From: Acanthaster planci
Taxonomy: Eukaryota
Direction: 5' to 3'
Length of the DNA: 64,000 nucleotides
NCBI RefSeq assembly: GCF_001949145.1
Contig: NW_019091358.1
Coordinates: 4,000,238 to 4,064,237 of the forward strand
Shown here: positions 39,301-51,200 of the stretch, piece after piece
Layout of the letters: each line of letters begins with the position of its first letter
Numbering within the stretch: position 1 is the first letter of the stretch
The notes under the pieces: generated by a model
Told to the model about the DNA's origin: nothing
Seen by the model: the letters and a program-made list of their open reading frames with translations, nothing else
The model's database searches: none
Made by a program: the position numbers and the translations under genes

Positions 39301-39693
39301 AGTGAACAAATACCACTCGTGTACAATTCAACACAATCTCGACTGCTTCTATACTGACAACTGTATCAAATTTGAATATATGGGAATTTTGCTGTTTCTT
39401 TACAACAGCGACCCGGTGCACTTTCTATCTCAGCCAGAGATGGAGCATGTTACCCATCATTTCATTGGTCTACATTCTCTGACCCCTTCAGTTTTCTCTT
39501 TCACCAACAGAAGTCCTGGCGAAAAGTATCAGCTCTCCGAAAAGCCAGCAGCAGACCCCGGCGAAAGTATACCCCTCACGGAAATCAAGGAGGAAGCCAA
39601 CAACTAGATAATGGTGGAGATATTCAAATGAAGAGTTACGGATCCTCTCTGACAGGTGTGGAAAACCCGGCCCTTGATGTAATCGATGCATAG
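27201..39693 (+). CDS. DUOXA: Dual oxidase maturation factor (DUOXA/NIP family); 337-codon core plus alternative C-terminal tails (377-408 aa)
   Basis: Spliced exons give family motifs: FLIILPGIRG, RWFTLIRFVIAMFIGAGIL, YKAFYSEEIVADIGVKIGLNSVNITLK, INYNERF, GKPLPILWIAEYF, WGRTYRTAGFYA, FSYGPTFYLCFIAG. Confidence 0.96.
27886..27943 (+). CDS. DUOXA: DUOXA exon 2
   Basis: RWFTLIRFVIAMFIGAGIL; tgcag| acceptor and |gtaagt donor. Confidence 0.93.
29907..30044 (+). CDS. DUOXA: DUOXA exon 3
   Basis: LSAWGQEWEKAEIHETHTAYKAFYSEEIVADIGVKIGLNSVNITLK (N-glycosylation sequon NIT). Confidence 0.94.
32218..32319 (+). CDS. DUOXA: DUOXA exon 4
   Basis: APDGNITTHPDEKINYNERFNFWGGQGRRGFGRF; not in the ORF track. 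Confidence 0.93.
33112..33265 (+). CDS. DUOXA: DUOXA exon 5
   Basis: AGRINREFREAQWSGKPLPILWIAEYFALDGEGIRWGRTYRTAGFYAWIMIW. Confidence 0.95.
33473..33687 (+). CDS. DUOXA: DUOXA exon 6
   Basis: TAFPLWILAMALSFMVLRYCGYFLMMTGGFLWLGNIMWATVRFGIELKIPFSTEKILIFSYGPTFYLCFIA. Confidence 0.95.
34051..34229 (+). CDS. DUOXA: DUOXA exon 7
   Basis: GLVAVVSGFIVFIMDIRFPNELTTFFNVDPLADYEETFVYDKGTGARNGASNGGPAESET; |gttagt donor, phase 0. Confidence 0.9.
36145..36267 (+). CDS. DUOXA: DUOXA exon 8 (terminal, or cassette through a donor after 36263)
   Basis: GC-rich island after a pyrimidine tract and taag| acceptor; in phase 0 reads VASKPVYRQRAQSRFAVSRRRPRSSLAEVAEEANGTHDNA*. Confidence 0.75.
   Translation: MASKPVYRQRAQSRFAVSRRRPRSSLAEVAEEANGTHDNA
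39511..39693 (+). CDS. DUOXA: DUOXA exon 9 (last exon, open in two frames)
   Basis: Strong acceptor ttttctctttcaccaacag|; phase-0 entry is open for 60 aa (stop ends 39693), phase-2 entry is open to the stop ending 39607. Confidence 0.75.
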   Translation, partial: KSWRKVSALRKASSRPRRKYTPHGNQGGSQQLDNGGDIQMKSYGSSLTGVENPALDVIDA

Positions 39694-41019
39694 TGTGACA
39701 ACAGCAAATGTCGTAACATTTCTCCCCAGCTGGAAACCTGTCATTCTGTTGTTTTTCTTGAGACCCGATGACTGCTACACTGAGCCTCTTCTTTGCACTG
39801 AAAACTTAATGCTCATCAGAACTTGGAAATAAGTTTCATATTAGCTATGCTATGGTTAGTAGGATTTGATAGGGACTCATTTTCCAGATACATTTGGGAT
39901 AAAGGAGCATTTGTATAATCAACTACTTTGAAGCAAATACGATTTTACTTATGATGCAGATTTATTACTCCTCGGTTGCAGTTTGTTTTTCTTGTGTGTG
40001 TTTTTTGGCTTTTGCTTTTGTAAGTTCCATAACATGGGTTAAGAATACCGTGTGCATTTGCAATGCAGTATTTCCTTTTAAGAGGACTGATAAATTGTAA
40101 TAATCATCCTAAAACTTCCATACACAAGTGAGGAGCTTTACAGAAAAAAGACAAGTTATTATCATACTCGATTTGAACACAAATGAGGGAAGAAGTTATT
40201 GAAATAGAGATTTTATCCTAGTCAGTAATGATGTATATGTAAACAAGTAGAAAAAGTAGCTCAAATGCAATAGGTTCAGATACATGTATATATATATTTG
40301 AGGGTTTGTAAACAGATTAATGTAAATGTTCTCAGTCAAGGAGGATGCACATCAATGTGTTTCATCTGACATGTTCTCAAGATTTTAAACTTCTTCAAAA
40401 TAACAACGTATAGTGTTTTTCTTTTTAGTAGTCCATATTGTTAAATATTTTGTACAATATTTATGCAGTGTGTTATAAAGTATTAGCTGTAACAGAAAAA
40501 AGTGTTAAAATGATCACTTAAAATGAGTGGTAAAGGGCAAGGATCGATATTTGTGAACAAGTGTGAATGCTTTTTAATCTAGCATTTCACTGTCCAAAAA
40601 AGCAAATTAAGTAGATTAAGACAGTTATATACTGCTTTTAAATTCCAACTTACCGGTACACCTGAGGAATTCAGTGCTTTTTCTGTTTCACTGCACTCTG
40701 TTGTTGTTTTTATCTTATTATTAAACCTTTTTTATTTAATGCATGTACTCAGTTTACTCTAACTACATTTCCAAACATTAGCCTGTATGTAAAACTAATT
40801 GTGGCATTTTCCCAGGTATTTGAAGTCCAACTTCACATCACACACCAAAGGAATTTCTTTGAACAGAAATAAGGTACCATAGCAGGAAGTTAACAATGGC
40901 AGCAAGCCCCGAGTGGGACAGACACAATTTTTATGCCAAAAAGTAAACAATTTGCTGGAGGCTATGCACAACCTTTCTGGTTAAATATGGCAATGCAGTC
41001 ACAAAAGCCTGGTTCTTTG

Positions 41020-41932
41020 TGCGTCACAGGGTTGTAGTAAAAGACCGAGTGCACTGGGCCCTAAAAAGGCAATATATTTAGAAGAGGCCATGTTATACAC
41101 CTGGTTTGAGTTCTTTGTACATTCTAACAATGGCTTCCAGCATGAATGCCACTTTTGAAGTTCAGACCAATGTTACTAGGACAAATTCTACACACAACAA
41201 ACTTCTGATCCCTTGCTTCACACAAGACAATTCCTTGTATGAATTGTAAGATTCCCAGCAAGACTTTGGGAGAGATTGTTTAAACTCTTTCTAACACCCC
41301 CCACTATTTCTGGCCAAATTTCTTCTTTTAAGCGTTGCCTAATAATTTGGAGTGTTTTAAATTTCATATATGAAAGTTAGATGTCTACAGTTTCAAAAAT
41401 TCAATTTGTTTAATAGCATTAACACTTTCATACTTTGGATTTTGTAAAAAGCACTGTTTAACCACAAGTAACTTCCTTTGATATTTTTAAGTAAATCACT
41501 TTTGATTCCTATTAAACAGATGAGGAAATGCGTTTTTTAACAAGTGACCAGCAGATATTGCATTTATCATTTGTCACACAAGACCAAAACAGTTTGCCTT
41601 GAATTTTGCTGGTGCATTGCTTATGCCATCAGCACTTTTCTACCTGGTTGTCTGTACATGTATGGCAGGCTTTNCCAAATCATCCCCCACAACCAAAATG
41701 TTTGAATGGAAAATTTACTTGAACAATTTCTTATGCGTCACAGGGTTGGTGTAAAAACCAACTGCAGTCAAGTCTATCAAAACGCTGTTTACTCAGAAAA
41801 GGTCACATTACACACTTGATTGCAGTTCTTTGTAAATTTAAACAACGGCGCCCAGCATGAAGCAAGTTTTCCAGGTCAGACCAGCCTTACCAGGATTCAA
41901 ATACAAATGCCATAAGTAGCAAACTTCTGATC
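41020..41932 (+). repeat. Diverged direct repeat pair (~190-200 bp; 41020-41210 and 41734-41932)
   Basis: Shared collinear blocks: tgcgtcacagggttg, agttctttgta, ccagcatgaa, tcagacca, caaacttctgatc. Confidence 0.75.
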
Positions 41933-43270
41933 ACCTGTCCCCAGGCCCGTAGGAGGGCATAAAAATGTGGGGGGAGCACCAGTGTTTTCCATCATTTGCT
42001 GATCAATTTTTGCGAAGCCACTGCATGAAGTTTGGGACCCGCTCAAGGCATGCCTTCAATGTGGTCCAACATGCGACACTTATGTGGACCAACCTGCTGC
42101 AGGCATGGTGAAATTAGCCCCTTCGGAAGTTGAGGTGGAACAAGAATGCACACCCCCAGCGCATGCCATGGTGCAACCACCCTACCAGGCAATTAGTCAG
42201 GGGTTGCCGTGTTTGAGTGAGCTACTTGTGTTTTATCCCAGGACGCATGCAGGGAGTACGCGTATACTGACTCCAGATAATGCATACGCAACGCATCCTT
42301 TCAAGCTACCTGGAGTAGCCACTCAAATGCACCATGGGTTTACAACATTTACAAAAAGGTGACACAATTTGACACAACGTCCAAGACGAGAAAATATGGC
42401 ATATTATCTAGACAAAACAGACAGTGTCGGCGTGAAGTGTACCTTTCCAAATGTTTTTAAAACTAGCCTTTCCTAAACAAACTTAGAAAAGATGCAGAAA
42501 ATGTGGGGGGCCTGTGCCCCCCAGTTCCAGTGGCCATGCCTGTTCCACAAAACAACTTGGCTCTTTCCATGCAGCACTGCGAAATTCCAAATACACTTTT
42601 TTGTGCCAAGACTTTCAGGGAGATCTTTTAAACTCTCTGTCTCATAAAAAAAAATGAAATTCATGAGAAATGCCAAACAATCCAGAGAAATATGGCTTAG
42701 CTCGACGTATCCAGACCCCCCTAAAAAGTGTACATGTATTTCTCTGAGTTACGACATTTAACGATAGGTGTAAAGAGTTTCATGTCAAATGATCACAGTT
42801 AATTTACTTCACTGCATGGTGACATATTTCATGAGCTCAGCTCGGAATGTGAACTATGTATGAATGTCTTGATCCCTTAAAATATCATTCATGTACCTCT
42901 TTTTCCTGGATTAACCTTGACAACACTTTCATAGTGGTTTCAACACACTGACACTATGAACATCTAACAAAAGAAACACAGTGCACTTACAATGAGCATC
43001 CATTGTTATTACACCATGCTTCTTTGGTTAGATGTTCATTGTGTGAGGAGGCTTTGGAAACATGTTATGTGTCACTGACAATGTGTTCCTTTTCACTAAC
43101 TGTTGCCAGCACAGTGCTATCATGCACTGGCAGGTGTTGAGAAATCTGCATACTCTTAGCCTAATATGCCACTACAGTTACTGTAGGCGTCAATAAAAAT
43201 TCTCCAAAAATCCCTTGCAGGATTAGTTAATAAAGCCTTAGGTTGGCAACAGCCTTGAAGCAAATGGGAG

Positions 43271-43643
43271 GAATAAGCCATTTCCGAGTTAATTTTGAAT
43301 AAAAGCTGTTGCACTGAGTTATCTGATTGCAAATACATGTAAATGTAACGATTTGAATTCCCCAGACTAAAGACACTGTTTTTGCTATACGTTGTGATTC
43401 GGGGCAAGCTTTCACATAGCAACCACCATCTCCAGAATGGACTGGTTCCTTTGTACCCTTCTTATCTATTGAGAACTGTGTATTGTTGCAAGGCATCTCT
43501 AGGCTAAGCAAAAGCTTGCCCCGAATCACGAGGTATAGCAACAGTGGTTTTAGTATGGAGAATTCAAGTTGTTACATTCACGTGAATTTAAAGAACTTAG
43601 TTTACCAGATTTGGGTCAAAGTTAACTCGCAAAAGGCTTATTG
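43271..43643. mobile_element. Long-TIR MITE, family A copy 2
   Basis: gtgattcggggcaagcttt / aaagcttgccccgaatcac inverted arms; its core is the reverse complement of the core at ~6605-6675. Confidence 0.8.
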
Positions 43644-45494
43644 ATTTCATGGCAAAATGTGCTTCAATGAGAATTTAAGGGATAAGATGTTTAAACAATG
43701 TGGAGGTACATGCAATAAGACAGGACACTCACATATGGGTTGTTCCTAAGTAAAATAACAGATCTTTTTCAGTGTTAATTTGATCTGTGCATTTTTCATG
43801 AGGGGGGACACCCAGGATGTACTACATCAGGTTCAAACATGTCAAAGTTGATTTAAAAGCAAACAGGAATACACATGTATACACAGAGTACAATAGCCTC
43901 ATCTATATACAGTGGTGGGGGAGAGGCAAAATTGATTTTATTTTCAGCTTTTTGTTTTGTTTTCAGTGACCTGACAACCAAATTGTTTACTTGGAAAACT
44001 AGCAGAGAGTGCCTCCTGAGTGGCAATAGAGACGGAATCTATGAAACACAGTCCAAGTACAGCTGTACTCTTTTCTTTGGAAAATGTGTTGGAACAAGAT
44101 CGTTATTTGTTGAAGGTCAGCTTTTGATCACAATGTCTGTTGAAAGGGTTGAGAGCTGAGCACAGAGGTAAAAGCCAACACAGACAAGGCCAACAAATAT
44201 CTGTACACGTACACAGGAAAGACAGAATTGGTAACCGGGTTACAGCATAAACTAAGTGTGAACATGCTGGTAGAGAGAGCGTTATATTACACTATCATTT
44301 GCATAGATCTGATTCAAACTTTATCAGAAACTTTGGTTTTAACAAACATTCCTGATTAACATTGAAACCCAGAAATAAAGGCACTCTGTAAATGGCATTA
44401 CGCACAGAAATCCCAAACTCACTGCAAACAGTTGGTCAACTCTAGTTTGGTAAACCTTCCTGTGAAGGTTTTATGGAAGCCTCTCTCATGCTTGAATCCA
44501 TCTCAACAAAGATTGTGTAACGATCTTTTAATGCCCTTAATCTCCTACGGGACCTTTCTATATATCTCCCTTCCTTTATGTAAGCATGCGGATGTACTCT
44601 CATTTCAAGGAATTTTTTAACCGTGAAAGTGCATCTTACTGAAGTGAAGACCCTCATTAGATTAACAAACACCCAAAGAAAGACATGGAAGATATGCAGC
44701 AGCTTAAGGCACCGGTACAAGGACAAGATGCAAAGAATTTTGGCATAGACATGTATTTGCCTTTCCAAATCCTTGATACCAGGCTACAGATTAGCTGCAG
44801 GTGAAGATTCTTCTCAGCAACAGCTGACATTTAGGATAGGACACTGTTTTGGATGGCATAGTGTATGTCTGTGCATGGAACATGTACATGATTCAAACTG
44901 ACATTATGACAGGAATGTTTACTTCAGAAAGTTATCATCCACAGTTCCCAGATTTTCATTTCAAACTATAATAAGCTGATAATTCCAACATCACGTGCAG
45001 CTTGTGGACAACATAAGTACTGACAGGTACATGTATTTGCGTGGCTTTTGGGCAAGTGTTTTATAAAGGCTTAGCCAGGCAACACATCTGTACATGTAGT
45101 TTTACATACATAAAAGTTGGCCCAAATACCCCGTAAGTAACAATGATCTGAGCCTTCTGAGGCCCCCCCACACACCTTGAAATGAAGCACTGATCAAGCT
45201 TCCTTACAAAGATGAGCCAGGCCATGAAGACACAAACTCTCTCTACAGTTCGATATGTTGATATGCATGAATACCTGTACCTATCTCGGCACACGGATTC
45301 AGCAGTACCATAGCTCCATGGCGGTACCATGACCAGACAATGCAAATTGTGTGTGCAACCTTGGGAACTTCTATGACTCTTCTGGAGATTGTATCCCTCC
45401 CAATTTGAGGATGAAGGTACAGTGTCCCTTAAAAAGTGGATCCTCATGTACTAGTTCATCAAAACTCTGAGACGTCCCTTTTCCATCGAAACCC

Positions 45495-45999
45495 CCCGTA
45501 CTGAAAAGGTCCAATTCATTTACCTATTGAGACCAATTCACTCACCCATTGGATCCAGTTCACGTATCAATTAATAACCAATTTCAAAACCAATTGCTAT
45601 TGCTTGGAATCAATTGGAATCCAATTGGGTTCAATTGGTTTGAATAGTAAATTCAGACTTTTTCTCAGTTGAACCATTTCAAACCAATTGACACCATTTG
45701 AATGCAGATTTACAATCCAATTGTAAACAACTAAAGAACCAACTAAAACCATTTCAATACCAATTGAAACCATTTGATTCCTAATTCCCATTTGAAATTC
45801 CAATTGATTTGGGAAAATAAACAGCTAGAAAAAAAATTCCAATTGAAACCAATTGCATCCCATTTGAAATCTATTGATGGGGGAAAAGCATACCAACTGA
45901 AACGAACTGAGCACCAATTGATTGTCAATTTGACCTCTTTCATTCCAATTAAATCCAATTCAAAAATCAATTGGTTTGAATAGGCCATTTTTAGTCGGG
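45495..45999. mobile_element. Non-autonomous element filled with degenerate CCAATT/CAATTG repeats
   Basis: Ends cccgtactgaaaaggtccaattca and tgaataggccatttttagtcggg form imperfect TIRs; interior has many ccaatt, caattg and ccattt units. Confidence 0.65.
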
Positions 46000-48159
46000 C
46001 CTTAATGAAACAATCTCTACAAATAAGTCCTTCTCATAGACCACCTGAGAACTCTATTTTTCAATCACACAAAATTTGGAGGATGAACCCCCAAAATATT
46101 AAAAATTGACGACACTCAATGCACCACTATTCTGTATTTGTTTCTTAGCTGCTTCCTGACTATTTGCAGATGTATGAAATCTGATAATTTAAGAATTAAT
46201 GACACATTAGACAGAACTGAACAAATCCAATTCAGTACGTAAATGAACACTTAAGTATTTTAATTCCCCAACAACACAATATACTTTTCGAGGAAAAGAA
46301 ATCTAGATACGATAAGCAAAAAGAAAAAAGAAAAAGAAACACCTTTGTGTGGTCAAATATGACGTTCACGTCCTACAGATGCACGTCAGTTAGGTCAAAC
46401 AATTTAGCCTTCCATAACTACCAGTAGCTACAACAGAACTTCACAGTGAGGTTAGCTATAAATAAGGTCACTGATCACAAAAGAAACTTGTGTTTATAGG
46501 TTATGGTCTACACAGTTACCAAGGCCATCTAAAGACAATAAGACAGGCAAGCCTTACACAGCTACTGCACATGGATGCTCTACATTCAATTTAGCTGTAT
46601 GGTTTCTGAGTAATACATGTACAATTTCCCTAAATAAATTTCCTCCGCCACTCAAGTTCTAGATGCTTAAATTGTGAGACTTTGGTTTGCATACTGTGAA
46701 GAAAATGACACAGGTGTTCAGTAATGAAGCACAGTGAATAATCCACTGAACAAAGCACATTTGAGTTTTATTACAGAAATAACACTGCAATAGGGCATTA
46801 ATAAAGTATCAAGACCTTCAAAGAAGGGCTGATCAAACAAAAATTTAGAAACAAAACGAACATGTCTTGGTCAAATGTGCAAGAGTCGACACAATATTGC
46901 ATATTCAATAGAAAAAATTTCCCTCAAATTATTGTTTATAGTGACTGTTACATTTTGCACAAGTTTACTGTAATGAATGGGAGAAAGCATTTTGCGATAA
47001 AAATGCATCTTATGGGTATATATAATATAACTTACATTGCTAATTAATCAGTCAAGTATTGATAACAAGATGTATATTCTTTTCCTGAGCACCTTTCCTG
47101 AAAATATTTAGTAACATTTTGGTGGCACACTCCTTTTCGGAAAGCTTTAATTTCTTTTCAGCTTTTCAGAAAGTTTAATGTTACAGGAGGGTTAACAAAA
47201 TTGAAAACTAAGGAAAGAGTAGAAAAGTATCAGTGCACCAAACTAAAGGTATTCCATTTTATACATGTACACTCTTGGATTGTTTGATAAAATATAAAGA
47301 AAAACATCCAAAATCCCAGGATGAAATCAATCAAAATCTTGAGATACCATTTAGTGATACCTCTCCCCTTCAAATCAATAAGAAGAACAGATGGAATTGT
47401 TACCTTATTTGGATGGAACCAATAACAAAATATAATTTGCATGACTCGGCACTGCTTGCCGCACAGAAAAAACAGAATCAACCCTTTTTCATGCCAGACC
47501 AAAAACGCTAATACAAAGTGCGTTTATCAAGCACCAGACTATTCCTCATTAGCAAAATTCTGTACATGTATACAAATGACCAGATATTGCTGCGTAAGAG
47601 AGCAGGTACATGTTGCTGTGGGGCGACATGCTCAATACCCTGGGAAGAGGTTGCTGCCTAAAGGAATTTCATTCTTTATACAAGGTATGAAAATTTGATC
47701 ATGACTGCTGTAGCTTTAGACCAGTCAACTGAGGGCAGCAAATATATTCGCTGCCAACCCCCCCACACTGGTTTATTAGGCATGCACCTAAGTGATCTGT
47801 CTATGTACTTGGTAGGATTTTACAGAGAAAAGAACAAAGCAAAATTCACTAGAACTATAAAGGCATTACTCACTTATTTGATAAGTGCAGTTTTTCCTAT
47901 TGCTAATGTCACAGTGGCAAATGGCAAACTATCGCAGGCCGTCAGTACAAAACAAAAGAACAATTAGAGTGTTCAAAAATCTCAAGTAGACATTCAAACA
48001 CTACAAAACATATGCATCTTTTGAACACTAAATTAAAAATACTCAAACTGATGGAACAAATGTGCATTTTGAGGCAAAAGCTGCTGTCATGCACGAGTGA
48101 TCTGTTTGACAACTCTGGCTGTCCATATAAATGGAAGTCAGTGTTTGTGTCCATACTTG

Positions 48160-48215
48160 CGCTCGCAGGTTTTCTCCAGGTACTCCGGTTTCCTCCTGCC
48201 TCTAAAACTGGACCG
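48160..48215 (+). mobile_element. SINE central-domain fragment
   Basis: ggtttctccaggtactccggtttcctcc resembles the conserved core of widespread metazoan tRNA-SINEs. Confidence 0.6.
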
Positions 48216-51200
48216 TCTTCCTAATGTCCGTAATGTGATGCTGATTAATAAAGGTTATGAATAAACGTATAGTTACTGCGCAAAATGGCCTGAGTAGCTG
48301 AAAGCGCCATTAAAACAAAACAACAAACAGGGGAAAGGTCTATAACTGGGCTGCCTCACAAAATATTGGCCTGGAGTCATCAACACCGAAACCAAAGGCT
48401 GCCATCATGAGGAATGAAAGTGGATATGCAACCTGTTTTTTCAATGAGAATATATTTCATTCTTGGTTTATTTGTAACATTTTCAACGTGACTTTACATA
48501 CACTTGGGGGGGTAGGGTTAAAATTCCTGGGTCAGGAACTTTTTTCTATCCAAGTAATCCACAAACACAAGAAATGGTGTATTTGTGGGCCCTACGTCAA
48601 TTTAAAACAAATTTCAAGTTGGTATTATTTGGGATTTTCCCTCTAATAGCTGGTGACTTTGGATCAACAGAGCATTGCATGACAAGGCCCAAATAAGTGC
48701 TTTTTTTGGAGTGACAGGAATGTTTTCAGGACAATAAATGTATTCAATGTATTGAGAAGTAGTCAGGGGTGTAAAAAGAAGCCCATCAAATCCGGCTATT
48801 TATGAATACATCCAAAAATGTTGCTGGCAATACTTCCTTGTAAATTTCCAACTAACAGGAAAAAAAACACCAAAACCTCAACCAAAAAACAGGCCAGTGG
48901 AAAAATGGGACCTCTACTTCCTTTTCAAAGTCGCTAAGAAACTGCCGCTGTCATTACTTTTGGGGGTCAAGGCGGTTACAACTATGCACCCAATCATTGC
49001 ACAAGGGCAATTTAACAATACAGGAAGATTTGTGTTTCACTTCCTTATACCAGGGAGAGTAGGGCCAGATTTTGGAACACTCCAGATATTCAATTATGTG
49101 TTGCCTGGAATGAGTCAATTCAACATGACAAATGGAATTAGCATCTGATAAGCTCTGACAAGATGACGAAAAAGCTGAATAATTTGTTCAAATGTTCATT
49201 TCATGCACAAAAGGTATGATGTTTTCTCAAATTTAAGTCTGCAGGATAAACCTGCCTGTTTGGTTGGGATATGAACCACCAACGTCTTGTTTACAAGTGC
49301 ACATGTTCTTACATAAACACTATTCCATCATGCACAGTGCAGGACACGTGCTCACCCACGTATGAAATGAAAGTCTCTTTTTGTATCAATTTTGTCAGTG
49401 ATTGTAGCCTTTCAAATTAATAATGTGTTTGACTGCTTTTTGTGCTCCTTAACATATTGCCTTTTACTGTCCATGACCTGTACTGGCAAAACCAAACCCC
49501 ATCCAACCGAACCAAAATATAAAACTAAAAAACGAACAACATCAAACAAACAAATAATAAAACAAGATGTTAGGCCGTACTTGTACATCTGACAAACTGA
49601 ATATGTGATTGTGGTATGTCTATAATAGTAAAACTATTACGACCCATAACGGAACCGATGAAAGAGTGGCAGGGATATCACTCAGTTGTACCAGTGGCAG
49701 TCATGATGATTTAAAGGAACTGTGAACGGAAACCCTTGCTTTGGAAGGGAAACCAAACCTCTAGTGTATTGTTATTGTTACTACATGCAGTTGTGTTTGT
49801 TAATCTTGAGGCTACATTTTAATAAGACTTTGATCTAAATTTTGCTTTATATTAGTAGCAATTATGTGAGTAGTCTGTTCCATGAAAGTATTTTTACTGA
49901 ATGGCAAAGTTTGTCACAAACTTGAAGACCACTAGTCTTTTGTCACGTCATCTAACAAAGCTTAAGTGCAAACCTGCAATTATATATAAGAGCCAACAGA
50001 TTTTAAAAAAAATGCTGCAGTGACACGTCAGTTTCTGAATCTGCAAAAGTCAAGTTTGTAATTTGTACTTGTATTTATATTTCACAGACTTGTGCTATTT
50101 GTTGCAGTTGCTCCACAGTTGCGGCAAAAAAACTTCAGCTTGTTTTAAACAATGACTGCAGACAATCCACATTTAAAACAATATTTCCCACTTTTAGGCT
50201 TTCAGTTTCATTTTATCACCCAGAGGTCAACAATCTATTGTCAAACAGTGTCAACTCCACTGATAGTATTGATGACGAACTTGCCACTGCTGCAAAGTAT
50301 TTTACTGACCAAACTTGATAACAAAACCTTGAAAGATATCTACACATGACTCTTTTTTGGTTAACCAAGCAACCATTATACATGTATTGATGAGTTAACA
50401 GGAACTGACTGGAGACTTGGGACATAGAATGAAGAACACTGTCCAACAAAATACATGTAGAAATGTGCTTCCTATTTTGAATCCCCAGTGTGTCTCAAAA
50501 CTCACCCTGTAGCTGAGGACTATTTTGCTAACATTTGTTTCATGTTTCAATTTCAAGTTGAGTTATTGCCACTGTCTCATCTGATCAACTAGACCTGTTG
50601 AATAACAAAATGTGCAATCGAGCTTTACGGTTTGATTTGATTGGAGATGCTGACAGCACCAGGCACTGAAATATACTGAGGAGTAACATTTTTGTTTAAA
50701 TTGGCACAAACTCAATTTTGATGCCTGTGTTTATACTGCATTTGGGCATATCCCTGAAGTACCAAAAGCAAGTAATATAACATAAACAGCATCATCACAC
50801 TAGGAGTGCTATCTTTAAAAAAATGTAAGTTATAAATACTGCCAGTTACTATTTTTAGATAAAAACGGTTAAACGGACAGTATTTTCTTGCACCATTATT
50901 TGGTGGACACATTTTACGCAGTGTTGAATCAGCCTCGGCTTTAATTATTCATTCAGATTCTGCAATTGCAAATTTTATAATCACAACTTTCCTACAGTGT
51001 ACATGTATATCATAAAAAAAAATACTGCCCTAACAGAATTCCTGCCTGACCACATTTTTTGGAGAGAAAATTTATGCACGTATTTAGAGAAAATCGAGTA
51101 AAAAGTCGAGTGCCTGGCCCACAGCAAAGCCAAACCAGGTATTTAATTTGTTCATAACAAAAAAATTGAGAGAACAGTGTAATTTTGAAGTTTGTATACA

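Noticed and set aside
41942..42540. Possible hAT-like element with GC-rich ends, containing the 92-aa ORF at 42084
   Set aside because: Terminal repeats are too degenerate to define, no target duplication is seen, and the ORF has no recognisable homology.
45495..45999. CRISPR-like or coding repeat array
   Set aside because: Eukaryotic context; the units are short, degenerate and lack unique spacers.
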